A stretch of DNA of 32,000 bases from Wolbachia endosymbiont of Onchocerca ochengi (GCF_000306885.1 NC_018267.1:600001-632000), one strand, 5' to 3'; positions 9,645 through 21,085 are shown, counted from the first letter of the stretch. Made by a program: numbers and translations. The notes: a model not told the origin generated them from the letters alone.

Positions 9645-9707
9645 TAACTAATTGCATATAGTTGTTTTAGATTTATAATAAAAATATTGTATATTCAAGG
9701 TGAATTA

Positions 9708-9926
9708 ATGGTTATTACAGTTCATGAATTAGAGAAAATCATCAAACAGTCATTTCCAGATTCTGATATAGAAATTAATGACCTTGTTGGAGATAGTGAT
9801 CATTATCATTTAAAAATAATTTCCAAGTATTTTCTCGGGAAGACAAAAGTGGAACAGCATAAAATGGTATATAAGGCTCTAGAAGGCCAGTCTATACATG
9901 CGTTACAACTAGAAACTAGTGCTTAA
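9708..9926 (+). CDS. bolA: BolA family protein
   Basis: 72 aa from the ATG at 9708, preceded by AAGGTG. The pattern [30 protein letters not shown] matches the BolA signature (H..v.V.S..F.G....QH..VY). The track start at 9687 is a TTG extension. Confidence 0.85.
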   Translation: MVITVHELEKIIKQSFPDSDIEINDLVGDSDHYHLKIISKYFLGKTKVEQHKMVYKALEGQSIHALQLETSA

Positions 9927-9942
9927 TTTTGGGGTGATATTT

Positions 9943-10272
9943 ATGAATGATTTTGAACAAATAAAAAAAGATATAACGGAAAATGATGTAGTATTGTATA
10001 TGAAAGGTACTTCTGATTTTCCTCAATGTGGGTTTTCTGCGCTCGTTGTTTCGATTCTTAAAAAATTAAACGTTAAGTTTAAATATGTTAATGTATTAGA
10101 AAATAATGAAGTACGTCAGTCCATAAAAGAGTTTTCCGACTGGCCAATGATTCCACAATTATATATAAAAGGAGAGTTTATTGGTGGTTGTGACATCACT
10201 CGTGAGATGTATGAAAAAGGTGAGCTGCAAAGCCTGCTAAAAGAAAAGAAAATCATACAGAATAAGGAATAG
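9943..10272 (+). CDS. grxD: Grx4-family monothiol glutaredoxin
   Basis: The CGFS active site ([10 protein letters not shown]), [19 protein letters not shown] and a size of about 109 aa are all typical. The ATG at 9943 is the likely start. It is adjacent to bolA, its usual partner. Confidence 0.9.
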   Translation: MNDFEQIKKDITENDVVLYMKGTSDFPQCGFSALVVSILKKLNVKFKYVNVLENNEVRQSIKEFSDWPMIPQLYIKGEFIGGCDITREMYEKGELQSLLKEKKIIQNKE

Positions 10273-10331
10273 TCTATCAAACTTACAATTTTTGATGCAG
10301 TAAGATCTAATTCCCTAGTTTAAAGTTTTTA

Positions 10332-10359
10332 TTGTTTACAGGAGGTAAGCTGCTATACT
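10332..10359 (+). promoter_or_regulatory. Candidate sigma70-type promoter for petB-petC
   Basis: TTGTTT (10332-10337), 16-nt spacer, TATACT (10354-10359), about 33 nt upstream of the petB ATG. This rests on a weak hexamer match only. Confidence 0.25.
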
Positions 10360-10391
10360 AGATAAGTTAGAGGTAAAGAAAATTTTGAGTT

Positions 10392-11624
10392 ATGCAAGAT
10401 GATATTAAAAAAGATACAACAATGAAGGAAGAAAAAAGCATATTAGGTTGGATAGAATATAGATTACCCATATTCTCTTTTTTAAAACATACTGCTTCTT
10501 ACCAAGTGCCAAAAAATTTAAATTATGCTTGGAATTTTGGTTCTTTAGCTGGTATAGCGCTGATTTTGCAAATAATAACAGGCATATTTCTCGCTATGCA
10601 CTATACTCCACATGTTGATTATGCGTTTAACAGCATAGAGCGCATAATGCGTGATGTAAATTATGGATGGCTAGTACGCTATACTCACGCTATTGGAGCT
10701 TCGCTCTTCTTTATGGTGGTCTATATTCACATAATGCGTGGATTATATTACGGATCTTATAAAAAGCCGCGGGAAATGGTGTGGTTTATTGGTATACTCA
10801 TATTTTTTACAATGATGATGACAGCTTTTATGGGATATGTTCTTCCCTGGGGACAAATGAGTTTTTGGGGTGCAACAGTTATAACTAACTTATTTTCAGC
10901 TATACCTTTAATTGGTGATAAAATAGTCATATGGTTATGTGGTGGTTTTTCTGTTGACAATCCAACGCTTAATCGTTTTTTTGCTCTGCATTATTTTCTG
11001 CCTTTCGTTATTATCGCTTTAGCTACTCTACATATTATTGCTTTGCATAGGTTTGGCTCTGGTAATCCAAGTGGAATAGAAGTGAAATCAAATAAAGATA
11101 CCATTCCACTCTATCCATATTATATAGTTAAAGATTGTATAGCTCTTAGTATATTTTTTATAGTTTTATTTATGTTTGTTTTCTATGCCCCTAATTATCT
11201 TGGACATCCGGATAATTATATAGAGGCTGATTCTATGGTCACTCCAGTACATATAGTACCGGAATGGTATTTTTTACCTTTTTATGCGATGTTACGCTCA
11301 ATTCCAAATAAGCTTATTGGTGTGTTTACCATGCTTGGGTCTATTTTAGTATGGTTCCTATTACCTTGGCTTGATAAAGCAAAAGTTAAAAGTGGTGCTT
11401 ATCGTCCATTATTTAAAGTTTTTTTTTGGGTCTTTACAGTAAATTTTGCATTCCTTGCTTGGCTTGGAGGGCAGGAAGTAAAAGAACCTTACATTACCTT
11501 AAGTAGGCTTTCCACTCTTTACTATTTTTTATACTTTGTAGTAATTTTGCCGCTACTTAGTAAATACGAGAAGCAAAGAGAGCTGCCAAAAGCCATAAGT
11601 GATTCTGTGCTGGAGATGAAATAG
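10392..11624 (+). CDS. petB: Cytochrome b of the ubiquinol-cytochrome c reductase (bc1) complex
   Basis: 410 aa. It has [42 protein letters not shown], the [16 protein letters not shown] motif, and heme-ligand His pairs in hydrophobic helices. Confidence 0.95.
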   Translation: MQDDIKKDTTMKEEKSILGWIEYRLPIFSFLKHTASYQVPKNLNYAWNFGSLAGIALILQIITGIFLAMHYTPHVDYAFNSIERIMRDVNYGWLVRYTHAIGASLFFMVVYIHIMRGLYYGSYKKPREMVWFIGILIFFTMMMTAFMGYVLPWGQMSFWGATVITNLFSAIPLIGDKIVIWLCGGFSVDNPTLNRFFALHYFLPFVIIALATLHIIALHRFGSGNPSGIEVKSNKDTIPLYPYYIVKDCIALSIFFIVLFMFVFYAPNYLGHPDNYIEADSMVTPVHIVPEWYFLPFYAMLRSIPNKLIGVFTMLGSILVWFLLPWLDKAKVKSGAYRPLFKVFFWVFTVNFAFLAWLGGQEVKEPYITLSRLSTLYYFLYFVVILPLLSKYEKQRELPKAISDSVLEMK

Positions 11625-12388
11625 TGCTAGTAAAAAATATATTTGCTGTGTTTTGTTTATTGTTTCTTGTTAATTTTGTGTATGCAGAAGAATTCAAGCC
11701 ATTACCCAATAAAAAAATAAACTGGAGTTTCAATGGAATTACTGGATCTTTTGATAGAAAGTCAATTCAGCGTGGCTATAAAGTATATAAGGAAGTTTGT
11801 GCTGCTTGTCATTCAATGAATAGGGTGGCGTTCCGTAATTTACAAGATGTTGGTTTTTCTGAAGAAGATGTGAAACAGATTGCAGCCTCTTATCAAGTTA
11901 AAGATGGTCCAAATGATCTAGGCGAAATGTTCTATAGACCTGGGATATCTTCAGATTATTTTATTGCACCTTTTAGTACAAAGGAAGCAGCTGCAGTAAG
12001 CAACAATGGTGCAGTTCCGCCAGACTTATCGTTAATTGTTAAAGCAAGGCACGACGGTGCGAATTATGTTTATTCACTTTTGACCGGCTATCAAAATGGT
12101 GAACACGATGGGAATGATTTATATTTTAATCCGTACTTTCCAACAGGTAAGTTAGCTATGGCACCACCTCTCTCTGAAGGGATGGTGGAATATGATGATG
12201 CAAGACACGCAACAGTTGAAAATATGGCGTATGATGTAGTAAATTTTTTGCAATGGACAGCAGAGCCAGAATTAGAGCGTAGGCACAAGCTTGGATTTAA
12301 AGTAGTAGCGTATTTCATAATTTTGACGGTATTTTTTGTATTAACTAACAATAAGGTTTGGAGTGAACTTTACAAAAATAAAAAATAG
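11624..12388 (+). CDS. petC: Cytochrome c1
   Basis: 254 aa with a signal peptide, the CAACHS heme-binding site (CxxCH), PPDLSLI, and a C-terminal membrane anchor VVAYFIILTVFFVL. The GTG start overlaps the petB TAG by 1 nt (TAGTG). Confidence 0.9.
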   Translation: MLVKNIFAVFCLLFLVNFVYAEEFKPLPNKKINWSFNGITGSFDRKSIQRGYKVYKEVCAACHSMNRVAFRNLQDVGFSEEDVKQIAASYQVKDGPNDLGEMFYRPGISSDYFIAPFSTKEAAAVSNNGAVPPDLSLIVKARHDGANYVYSLLTGYQNGEHDGNDLYFNPYFPTGKLAMAPPLSEGMVEYDDARHATVENMAYDVVNFLQWTAEPELERRHKLGFKVVAYFIILTVFFVLTNNKVWSELYKNKK

Positions 12389-12468
12389 GCTTTTTGGGCA
12401 TTTATTCTTATATCTTTTTTACCATAGCGGATATATTAATAATAAAGTGTTATAAGAGCATAGGAGTT

Positions 12469-14406
12469 ATGGAGTTTCAAATTGTTACACACTTTAAACC
12501 AGCTGGAGATCAGCCGCAAGCAATTGATAGTTTAGTTACAGGGCTAAACAATAATAAAAAGGATCAGATTTTGCTTGGAGTTACTGGCTCCGGAAAAACT
12601 TTCACTATGGCAAATGTTATTGCAAGAACAAACAGGCCTGCATTAATTATGGCACATAACAAAACTTTAGCGGCACAGCTCTATGAGGAAATGAAAGGAT
12701 TTTTCCCTTATAATTCTGTTGGATATTTTATTTCTTACTATGATTATTATCAGCCTGAAGCTTATTCACCTCAGACTGACACTTATATTGAAAAGGACTC
12801 CACAATCAACGAAAAAATTGATATGCTACGTTATTCTGCTATTTGCTCTCTTTTAGAGCGCAAGGACACGATTACAGTTGCCAGTGTTTCCTGTATATAT
12901 GGTCTTGGTTCGCCTAAAAGCTATATTAATATGACTATATCATTAAGTGTTGGAGATAAAATTTGTGTTGATGATTTTCTGAGTAATTTAGCTGATCTTC
13001 AATATAAGCGTTCCGATATTAGATTTGAACGAGGATATTTCAGAGTACGTGGAGATATTATTGATATTTTCCCTGCTTGTCATAAAGATAAAGCTTGGCG
13101 TTTATCGTTGTTTGGCAATAAAATAGAAAAAATCTCTCAAATTGACGCTATGACTGGCAATGTTATTGAACATATAAATAAAATCACTGTTTTTCCAAAT
13201 AGCTATCACATTACATCACGTAAGACTCTATTACAGTCAATTCAGCTGATTAAAAAAGAACTGCATGAACGCTTGGATTATTACTACTCACAAAATAAGT
13301 TTGTTGAAGCAAAACGTCTTGAGCAGCGTACTAATTTTGATATCGAAATGATGGTTACAACTGGAACTTGTAAAGGTATTGAAAACTATTCACGTTATCT
13401 CTATGAGATGGAAGCTGGATACCCGCCACCTACTTTATTTGAGTATTTGCCTGAAGGTGTAATTTTATTTGTTGATGAAAGTCATGTTACCATTCCTCAG
13501 ATTGGTGCAATGTATAGTGGTAATGAGGCACGTAAAAAAAAATTGGTTGATTACGGCTTTAGACTTCCTTCCGCTTTTGATAACCGTCCGTTGACGTTTG
13601 AAGAGTGGGAAGCGGTACGACCGCAGACTATTTACATTTCAGCTACCCCTGGAAAATATGAGTTAGGAAAGACCAATAATGTATTTATAGAGCAAGTTAT
13701 TCGTCCAACAGGGCTTACAGACCCAGTCTGTATTATAAAATCGACAGAAAATCAAGTTGATGATGTAATCCATGAAGCACAACTGACAATAAATAATGGA
13801 TTTTGTGTTCTAATTACCACATTAACAAAAAAAATGGCTGAAAAGCTAGCTGATCATATGAGTGAGATGAATATAAAGGTGAGTTATTTACACTCAGATA
13901 TTGGTGCGTTAGAGAGAGTTGACATTATATGTAAATTAAGATCAAAAGAAATCGATGTGTTAGTTGGTGTTAACTTACTGCGTGAAGGTCTTGATATTCC
14001 GGAGTGTGGCTTAGTTGCAATTTTGGATGCTGATAAAGAAGGATTTTTGCGATCGGAAACTTCTTTTATTCAAACGATAGGGCGTGCTGCACGTAATGCT
14101 GAAGGTAAGGCAATTTTGTACGCAGATAAAATAACTGGTTCTTTGGACCGTGCGTTGAAGGAAACTGAAAGAAGAAGAAAGAAACAACAAGAATATAATG
14201 CGTTGCATAATATTACACCAAAAACTATAATAAAGAATATATCTAATACCCTACAAAATAAAGTAGTAGCTGAGGAAGGTATTAATTATATTAATAACGT
14301 TGATCTAAAAAACTTAAAGAAGCAGATGTTAAAGCATGCTGAGAATCTAGAGTTTGAAGAGGCAGCAAAAATAAGAAATATTATCAAAAGGTTTAATAAT
14401 AAATAA
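12469..14406 (+). CDS. uvrB: Excinuclease ABC subunit B
   Basis: FKPAGDQPQAI, Walker A GVTGSGKTFT, YYDYYQPEAY, DESH and a C-terminal UVR domain (EFEEAAKIRN). The ATG at 12469 is preceded by TAGGAG. The track start at 12394 adds 25 residues not seen in UvrB N-termini. Confidence 0.95.
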   Translation: MEFQIVTHFKPAGDQPQAIDSLVTGLNNNKKDQILLGVTGSGKTFTMANVIARTNRPALIMAHNKTLAAQLYEEMKGFFPYNSVGYFISYYDYYQPEAYSPQTDTYIEKDSTINEKIDMLRYSAICSLLERKDTITVASVSCIYGLGSPKSYINMTISLSVGDKICVDDFLSNLADLQYKRSDIRFERGYFRVRGDIIDIFPACHKDKAWRLSLFGNKIEKISQIDAMTGNVIEHINKITVFPNSYHITSRKTLLQSIQLIKKELHERLDYYYSQNKFVEAKRLEQRTNFDIEMMVTTGTCKGIENYSRYLYEMEAGYPPPTLFEYLPEGVILFVDESHVTIPQIGAMYSGNEARKKKLVDYGFRLPSAFDNRPLTFEEWEAVRPQTIYISATPGKYELGKTNNVFIEQVIRPTGLTDPVCIIKSTENQVDDVIHEAQLTINNGFCVLITTLTKKMAEKLADHMSEMNIKVSYLHSDIGALERVDIICKLRSKEIDVLVGVNLLREGLDIPECGLVAILDADKEGFLRSETSFIQTIGRAARNAEGKAILYADKITGSLDRALKETERRRKKQQEYNALHNITPKTIIKNISNTLQNKVVAEEGINYINNVDLKNLKKQMLKHAENLEFEEAAKIRNIIKRFNNK

Positions 14407-14423
14407 TTTATGATATAAAAGGA

Positions 14424-14461
14424 AAAGCTAGGTTATATGTACTTAGTTTTGTAAGTTTTTT
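14424..14461 (+). terminator. Candidate, possibly bidirectional, terminator hairpin between convergent uvrB and the folate operon
   Basis: AAAGCTAGGT (14424-14433) pairs with ACTTAGTTTT (14441-14450): 10 bp including two G-U pairs, with a 7-nt loop. A T6 run at 14456-14461 lies 5 nt further on. On the other strand the hairpin is followed by UCCUUUUAU. Not canonical. Confidence 0.3.
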
Positions 14462-14465
14462 AAAT

Positions 14466-15209
14466 TTATTCTCCGTTCTTTAACCACCTAATTCCCATGA
14501 AGAGAGGAGAGTAAAGGTCCTCTTGCATTGATATCTTAACGCTTTTTTCCTCTTCTATAGTTGGTAGACGGGTAAGAAAGCGAATTTTTGGTGCATTTCT
14601 AATTATTGCTAGTGGTGTTTGTTCTGCACCTTCTCCCATAACTAAAACAGCAGATGTTGCCAACGCGTCAAGAAGATTGACTTGTGTTACCTGGAGTGGA
14701 TTATTATAAAGGTCTGGTTTGCCTATATAAGAATAATGTGGTTCAAACCCGCACCAACCAAGAGCAATCCCTGTAACCCCAAGGCGCATAGGTGTTATAT
14801 TACTATCTGTAATTAAAATACCAAGATGTTCTATGCAGTGTTTTCTTCTAAGGTAGCTCCACACTGATGCAGCTGTTTTCTGAACATCTTTTGGATATAA
14901 AGTATACATTCTATCACCATTTGATTCATCGATACCGGCAGATGGAATTAAGATATCATCTTTAATTGTTAAGTGAATTCCACAAGGATTGTAACGTGTA
15001 TCAGCAATCGCACTAGCTTCCTTTCTAATTAGCTCTTCTTTAGAATAAGCGTTTTTGCGAATTATTCGTTTTTGGCAAACGGAAATGATTTTTGATGTAA
15101 TAGCAAGCACAACCTTTTCTCTTAACAATTTTGGAATATAGTAATCAAGGATTTTTTCTAATGCCTCACCGCATTGAATACGGTGGGTGTAAATTGCTTC
15201 AACATGCAT
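14466..15209 (-). CDS. CofE-like (F420-0:gamma-glutamyl ligase family) protein, probable folate gamma-glutamate ligase (FolC2-type)
   Basis: 247 aa with CofE-family blocks AITSKIISVCQ, IPSAGIDESN, ILITDSN..PMRLGVTGIALGWCG, YIGKPDLYNNPLQVTQVNLLDALATSAVLVMGEGAEQTPLAIIR. It starts 2 nt after the folA stop, as the last gene of the folate operon. Confidence 0.75.
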   Translation of the reverse strand: MHVEAIYTHRIQCGEALEKILDYYIPKLLREKVVLAITSKIISVCQKRIIRKNAYSKEELIRKEASAIADTRYNPCGIHLTIKDDILIPSAGIDESNGDRMYTLYPKDVQKTAASVWSYLRRKHCIEHLGILITDSNITPMRLGVTGIALGWCGFEPHYSYIGKPDLYNNPLQVTQVNLLDALATSAVLVMGEGAEQTPLAIIRNAPKIRFLTRLPTIEEEKSVKISMQEDLYSPLFMGIRWLKNGE

Positions 15210-15211
15210 AT

Positions 15212-15691
15212 CTAATTTGTTATTCTATATATAGAATAATCTTGCGTTTTTGTGAGGATAGTTTTATTCCATCTATCAAGGAGTATTAAGTTGAAATATA
15301 CATCACCTTTATAAGACCCATGAATTTCTGTTATGATAAACTCTGAGATTAGATTATGTTTTAAGAAAAGATGTGCTATCTGTGCTCCACCGATCATGTA
15401 GATTTTAGAATTATTCTGAGTTGATAGAAATTCTCGCATAGAAGAGACAACTGTACATTTTATATCTCTATTAAAACACGAATTTAACTTATTACGAGAA
15501 AAAATAATGGGAGTGCGACCTTGTAATATGCTTTTAGGTATTGTTTCAAATGTTTTTCTTCCCATAACAATGACTTGTTTGTTGGTTACCTGATGGAAAT
15601 GCTTTAACTCACTTGGATAATACCAAGGCAACTTGTTATTTACCCCGATCACTCCATTTGGATCAACAGCCATAATTCCGATAATCATCAT
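15212..15691 (-). CDS. folA: Dihydrofolate reductase
   Basis: 159 aa. MIIGIMAVDPNGVIGVNNKLPWYYPSELKHFHQVTNKQVIVMGRKTFETIP and IYMIGGAQI are DHFR hallmarks. Its ATG overlaps the folKP TGA as ATGA (15691-15688). Confidence 0.9.
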   Translation of the reverse strand: MMIIGIMAVDPNGVIGVNNKLPWYYPSELKHFHQVTNKQVIVMGRKTFETIPKSILQGRTPIIFSRNKLNSCFNRDIKCTVVSSMREFLSTQNNSKIYMIGGAQIAHLFLKHNLISEFIITEIHGSYKGDVYFNLILLDRWNKTILTKTQDYSIYRITN

Positions 15692-16986
15692 TTTTGTAAG
15701 GCAGCTTGAGCTACAAAGAACTGCATGTGATCGCGTACATTATGTACGCGAAGGAAATCAACTTTGTTGTATAATGCAGATGATATAGAAATTGTTTCTA
15801 AATCTCGATTAAAGACAGGCTCTGTGGAAAAAGAAGAAATGAATGATTTTCTGGAATGACCTACTAGGACTTTGCAGCCAAAACTTTGCAATGTTTCTAT
15901 ATTCCGTAACAGCCAGATATTTTGATATAGAGATTTTCCAAAGCCAATACCAGGATCAATGATTATCGAATTTTCATTAAAACCAAAGGTAAGTAACTTG
16001 TTAATGTTCTTTTCTGCCCAACGATTTATGGTGTTGATGGGGTCAGTATCACTTGGAATAATATTATCCTTGTGTGATGGTATAGAGAGTGAATGCATGA
16101 TAACTATACTACATCCGCTACTTGCAATTGTTTTTAAGGTATTATCATCTAGATTTCCTTTCACATCATTTATCCAAGTAACTCTATAGTGTTCTAAAAC
16201 ATTTAAAATAACATCCGGCCAGAAACTATCAATGCTAACTTTAATATCATTAGCTTTCATATAGTGACTGAGATTATCAAGTACCGGCTTTAAGCGTGCA
16301 TATTCTACTTTCGAAGGCTGTATAGAAGATCCAGGCCTTGTTGATTGAGCACCAAGATCAACTATGCTTGCACCATCTGATATCAATTTTAGTGCCTGTT
16401 TAGTTGCTTGATCAGAATCATAATAAAGGCCACCATCTGAAAATGAATCGGGAGTAATGTTAACAATTCCTACAAATTTTGGTGAAAGCGTAAAGCTTTT
16501 TAAAAAGCAATCCTTGGTATTAAGGTTGTTGTAAGCAATAGTATCAAACGTTTTGCTAACTACTGGAATATTATCCATAGGACTCAGCATTGCCATTAAG
16601 TGAAGCAAAAATGGCCTATTCATCAATTCTGGATGAGGAATTGTAAGATACGGTGTATTGAGTATTAGGTTATCCCATAACAAAATATCTAAATCAATAA
16701 CGCGAGGTGCCCATTTTTCGTGGACCTGTGTACGACCAATGTCATATTCGATTTGCTTGAGTCCTTTTAGTAGCTCTTCAGGAGAAACAAGACAACTTCC
16801 ATATACAACCATATTGAGAAATGGCTTGTTCCACTCATCTGGAGCACCATTTGGTAAAATGGCCTTGGTTTCTAAAATAATTGAAGATTTTAAATCTTTT
16901 AAATAGCGCTTTTTTAGTAGCTGAGTAGCCTTTTGTAAATTAGAGAGGCGATTCCTTAAATTTGAGCCAATAGATATATAAATCAT
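15688..16986 (-). CDS. folKP: Bifunctional 6-hydroxymethyl-dihydropterin pyrophosphokinase / dihydropteroate synthase (FolK-FolP fusion)
   Basis: The N-terminal half is HPPK (MIYISIGSNL..., APRVIDLDILLW, TIPHPELMNRPFLL). The C-terminal half is DHPS (GIVNITPDSFSDGG, GASIVDLGAQSTRPG, IDPGIGFGK, GHSRKSF). The preferred start is the ATG at 16986, preceded by AGGAGA and sharing one base with the folB TGA (TGATG). The track start at 17019 is a TTG extension. Confidence 0.9.
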   Translation of the reverse strand: MIYISIGSNLRNRLSNLQKATQLLKKRYLKDLKSSIILETKAILPNGAPDEWNKPFLNMVVYGSCLVSPEELLKGLKQIEYDIGRTQVHEKWAPRVIDLDILLWDNLILNTPYLTIPHPELMNRPFLLHLMAMLSPMDNIPVVSKTFDTIAYNNLNTKDCFLKSFTLSPKFVGIVNITPDSFSDGGLYYDSDQATKQALKLISDGASIVDLGAQSTRPGSSIQPSKVEYARLKPVLDNLSHYMKANDIKVSIDSFWPDVILNVLEHYRVTWINDVKGNLDDNTLKTIASSGCSIVIMHSLSIPSHKDNIIPSDTDPINTINRWAEKNINKLLTFGFNENSIIIDPGIGFGKSLYQNIWLLRNIETLQSFGCKVLVGHSRKSFISSFSTEPVFNRDLETISISSALYNKVDFLRVHNVRDHMQFFVAQAALQK

Positions 16987-17390
16987 CAGTTGTTCTCCTG
17001 TTTTTGCAACGCATTGCAATAAGTGAAGACAACACCTCCGTGTACATCGGGAATAGGTGGTACAACTTTGTGAGTAATTACTTTTATAGAAGAAATAATA
17101 TGCTTTTTCTGCATTAAGAGGTTACTAATAGTTATGTATACATCATGGGTAAAATGCTCGATTAAATTGAATTGCTTGCTTTGAGCAAGAGATTTAATGT
17201 TCTGTACTACTTCTAGATAGCAGATAGTATCTTCAAGTCGGTCAGTGATAAGTCCTAAAGGAGGAGATTTAAAGATAAAATCAACACTAATGCTTACTAG
17301 TTGGAGATTAAACTTTTCTTCCATACTATGTCCTAAATGAATCCAAAGGCGTAGATCCTGGACAAAAAGGTTACATAAAGGTTGTTTCAT
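16986..17390 (-). CDS. folB: Dihydroneopterin aldolase (FolB/FolX family)
   Basis: 134 aa. The start LFVQDLRLWIHLGHSMEEKFNLQLVSISVDF fits the FolB pattern (i.gl.....G....E....Q...v.l). Its position directly upstream of folKP and the GGAGATAAAGT-ATG ribosome-binding site support the call. Confidence 0.75.
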   Translation of the reverse strand: MKQPLCNLFVQDLRLWIHLGHSMEEKFNLQLVSISVDFIFKSPPLGLITDRLEDTICYLEVVQNIKSLAQSKQFNLIEHFTHDVYITISNLLMQKKHIISSIKVITHKVVPPIPDVHGGVVFTYCNALQKQENN

Positions 17391-17415
17391 ACTTTATCTC
17401 CATCTTTATATTTTG

Positions 17416-17802
17416 CTATTCTCTCCTACATTCTCTTAAAGACCACCAAAAATAATATAGAAGTTTTATTCCCTTTTTAGTGCCTTGTACAACTTTTTCT
17501 TGTTTTTCTTTGTTTAAATCTACGATAAAGTTTGCATATTTATCAGTATGCCATTCATCAGTGGCTGTATGAATAGTGAAAATCTGTCGACTTCCATAAA
17601 GATCAGGCCATGTAACACCAAACCTTTCAGCAAAACATTGACGTAACTCTAGATGATTTTCATCATCTTGCTTTTCTTCCATTAAACTGTTAAACAAAAT
17701 CTGTTGCATTTTTAGATTCTGACACAAGGAATGTACATTGCTAATGTAACAAAGAAATGCAGCAACATAATATAATGTAAACTTGTAGGATTCACAACTC
17801 AA
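17416..17802 (-). CDS. Hypothetical protein, no family recognised; first ORF of the folate cluster
   Basis: Same strand as folB and 25 nt upstream of it. The track start is TTG at 17802 (128 aa); the first ATG at 17709 gives 97 aa (MQQILFNSLMEEKQDDENHLELRQCFAERFGVTWPDLYGSRQIFTIHTATDEWHTDKYANF...). The composition is protein-like, but I cannot match any motif. Confidence 0.45.
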   Translation of the reverse strand: MSCESYKFTLYYVAAFLCYISNVHSLCQNLKMQQILFNSLMEEKQDDENHLELRQCFAERFGVTWPDLYGSRQIFTIHTATDEWHTDKYANFIVDLNKEKQEKVVQGTKKGIKLLYYFWWSLRECRRE

Positions 17803-17923
17803 TTTCCCTTTCCTTTCATGATTGGTAAAACTGGTCCTTCAGTAAATACAAACTATTTTTAACTCTCTATCAAGTAATTGAATAAACGTTACCATAACTC
17901 TTTGAATTAAACAAAGCTATTCT

Positions 17924-17951
17924 AGTTTATTCATAAGCTTATTAATGTCAA
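17924..17951 (-). promoter_or_regulatory. Candidate sigma70-type promoter for the folate cluster
   Basis: On the minus strand: perfect TTGACA (17951-17946), 16-nt spacer, TAAACT (17929-17924). It lies in the ligA-to-ORF17802 intergenic region. Confidence 0.3.
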
Positions 17952-17995
17952 GAGATATAAGCACCTATAAACTACCTAAAAGATATAGATAGTTG

Positions 17996-20068
<2,073 letters not shown>

Positions 20069-20266
20069 TTAAAACTAGTGCACAAAAATGTGTTATATTA
20101 GGTTTTTGTCAGCTGTAAATTTTCACGTGTTTAATATATGGTAAAAATAAAATGCTAGAGAATCAAGAAAAACCGCAAATACTAAAAGTAGATAAGAAAA
20201 ATAGATTTATTTGCAACTAATGATCAGAATTACTTATTATAACTTTAGAGCTATATAAAATTTTGT

Positions 20267-21016
20267 ATGATTATATTAATAACGAATGATGATGGTTTTG
20301 AAAGTGAAGGAATAAAATTACTCAAAGAGGTTGCACGAGATCTTGCTTCAGAAATATGGGTAGTGGCACCAGATACTAACAGGAGTGGAGCAGCAAGGTC
20401 TCTTGATTATCCAATAAGGCAGTCTATTAGAGTAAATCGACATGGCGAAAAGGAGTTCAGTATATCTGGTACCCCTGCGGATTGTGTTATCATTGCACTG
20501 AATAAGATTATGGATAAAAAACCAGATTTAGTACTGTCTGGAGTAAATATTGGATCAAACGTTGGAGATGATGTCTGTTATTCAGGAACAATTGGTGCTG
20601 TAATGGAAAGCGCTGCAAGATCTATACCTTCTATTGCATTAAGTCAAGTATATTATCATAATGGGATAGATTGGTATAATACAAAGGTTTTTGCACCAAA
20701 AGTTACTGCTAGATTAGTCGAAATTGGCTGGCCTAAAAATATAGCAATGAGTGTAAATTTTCCTGCTACAGAAAAAGTGAAAGGAGTAGAATTTGCCGAA
20801 CAAGGCGAATATAATATTGATGGAGATTTGACTTTTACTGAAAATTCAGATGGTTCTTTAAGTTTAGATTGGTCTCGAGAGTATTCAGGTAGTGGTAGTG
20901 TAGGTAAAATCAAAGAAGGATTTATTACTATTACGCCAATAAAACTAGATTTTACAGATTACGATACATTGAATATTATGAAAAATTCTTATGCGAATAA
21001 ATTTTTCCTTAGTTAA
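20267..21016 (+). CDS. surE: 5'/3'-nucleotidase SurE
   Basis: 249 aa. MIILITNDDGFESEGIKLL (NDDG metal site), GTPADCV, SGVNIGSNVGDDVCYSGTIGAVMES. Confidence 0.95.
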   Translation: MIILITNDDGFESEGIKLLKEVARDLASEIWVVAPDTNRSGAARSLDYPIRQSIRVNRHGEKEFSISGTPADCVIIALNKIMDKKPDLVLSGVNIGSNVGDDVCYSGTIGAVMESAARSIPSIALSQVYYHNGIDWYNTKVFAPKVTARLVEIGWPKNIAMSVNFPATEKVKGVEFAEQGEYNIDGDLTFTENSDGSLSLDWSREYSGSGSVGKIKEGFITITPIKLDFTDYDTLNIMKNSYANKFFLS

Positions 21017-21085
21017 TTAAAAAACATTTGCAAATCTTTTGTTAGCCAAATAGTATGTACCTACTAGGTGTAATAGCTTCCTACT

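Noticed and set aside
12394-12468. N-terminal extensions given by the ORF track for uvrB (12394), grxD (9919), bolA (9687), folKP (17019) and the malic enzyme (8301).
   Set aside because: Homologue N-termini align with the downstream ATGs. Those ATGs have better ribosome-binding sites, and several of the extended starts are TTG codons overlapping the preceding gene.
14737-14756. A tRNA-like 3' end: TGTGG-TTCAAAC-CCGCA followed by CCA.
   Set aside because: It lies inside the well-supported CofE-like CDS. No matching acceptor stem, D-arm or anticodon arm can be drawn upstream. It is a chance resemblance.
20211-20240. TTGCAA-18 nt-TATTAT upstream of surE, and a TATAAT 11 nt upstream of the MCD start.
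   Set aside because: Hexamer matches of this quality are frequent in DNA of about 30 percent GC. The MCD one has no usable -35 element. Not reported as features.
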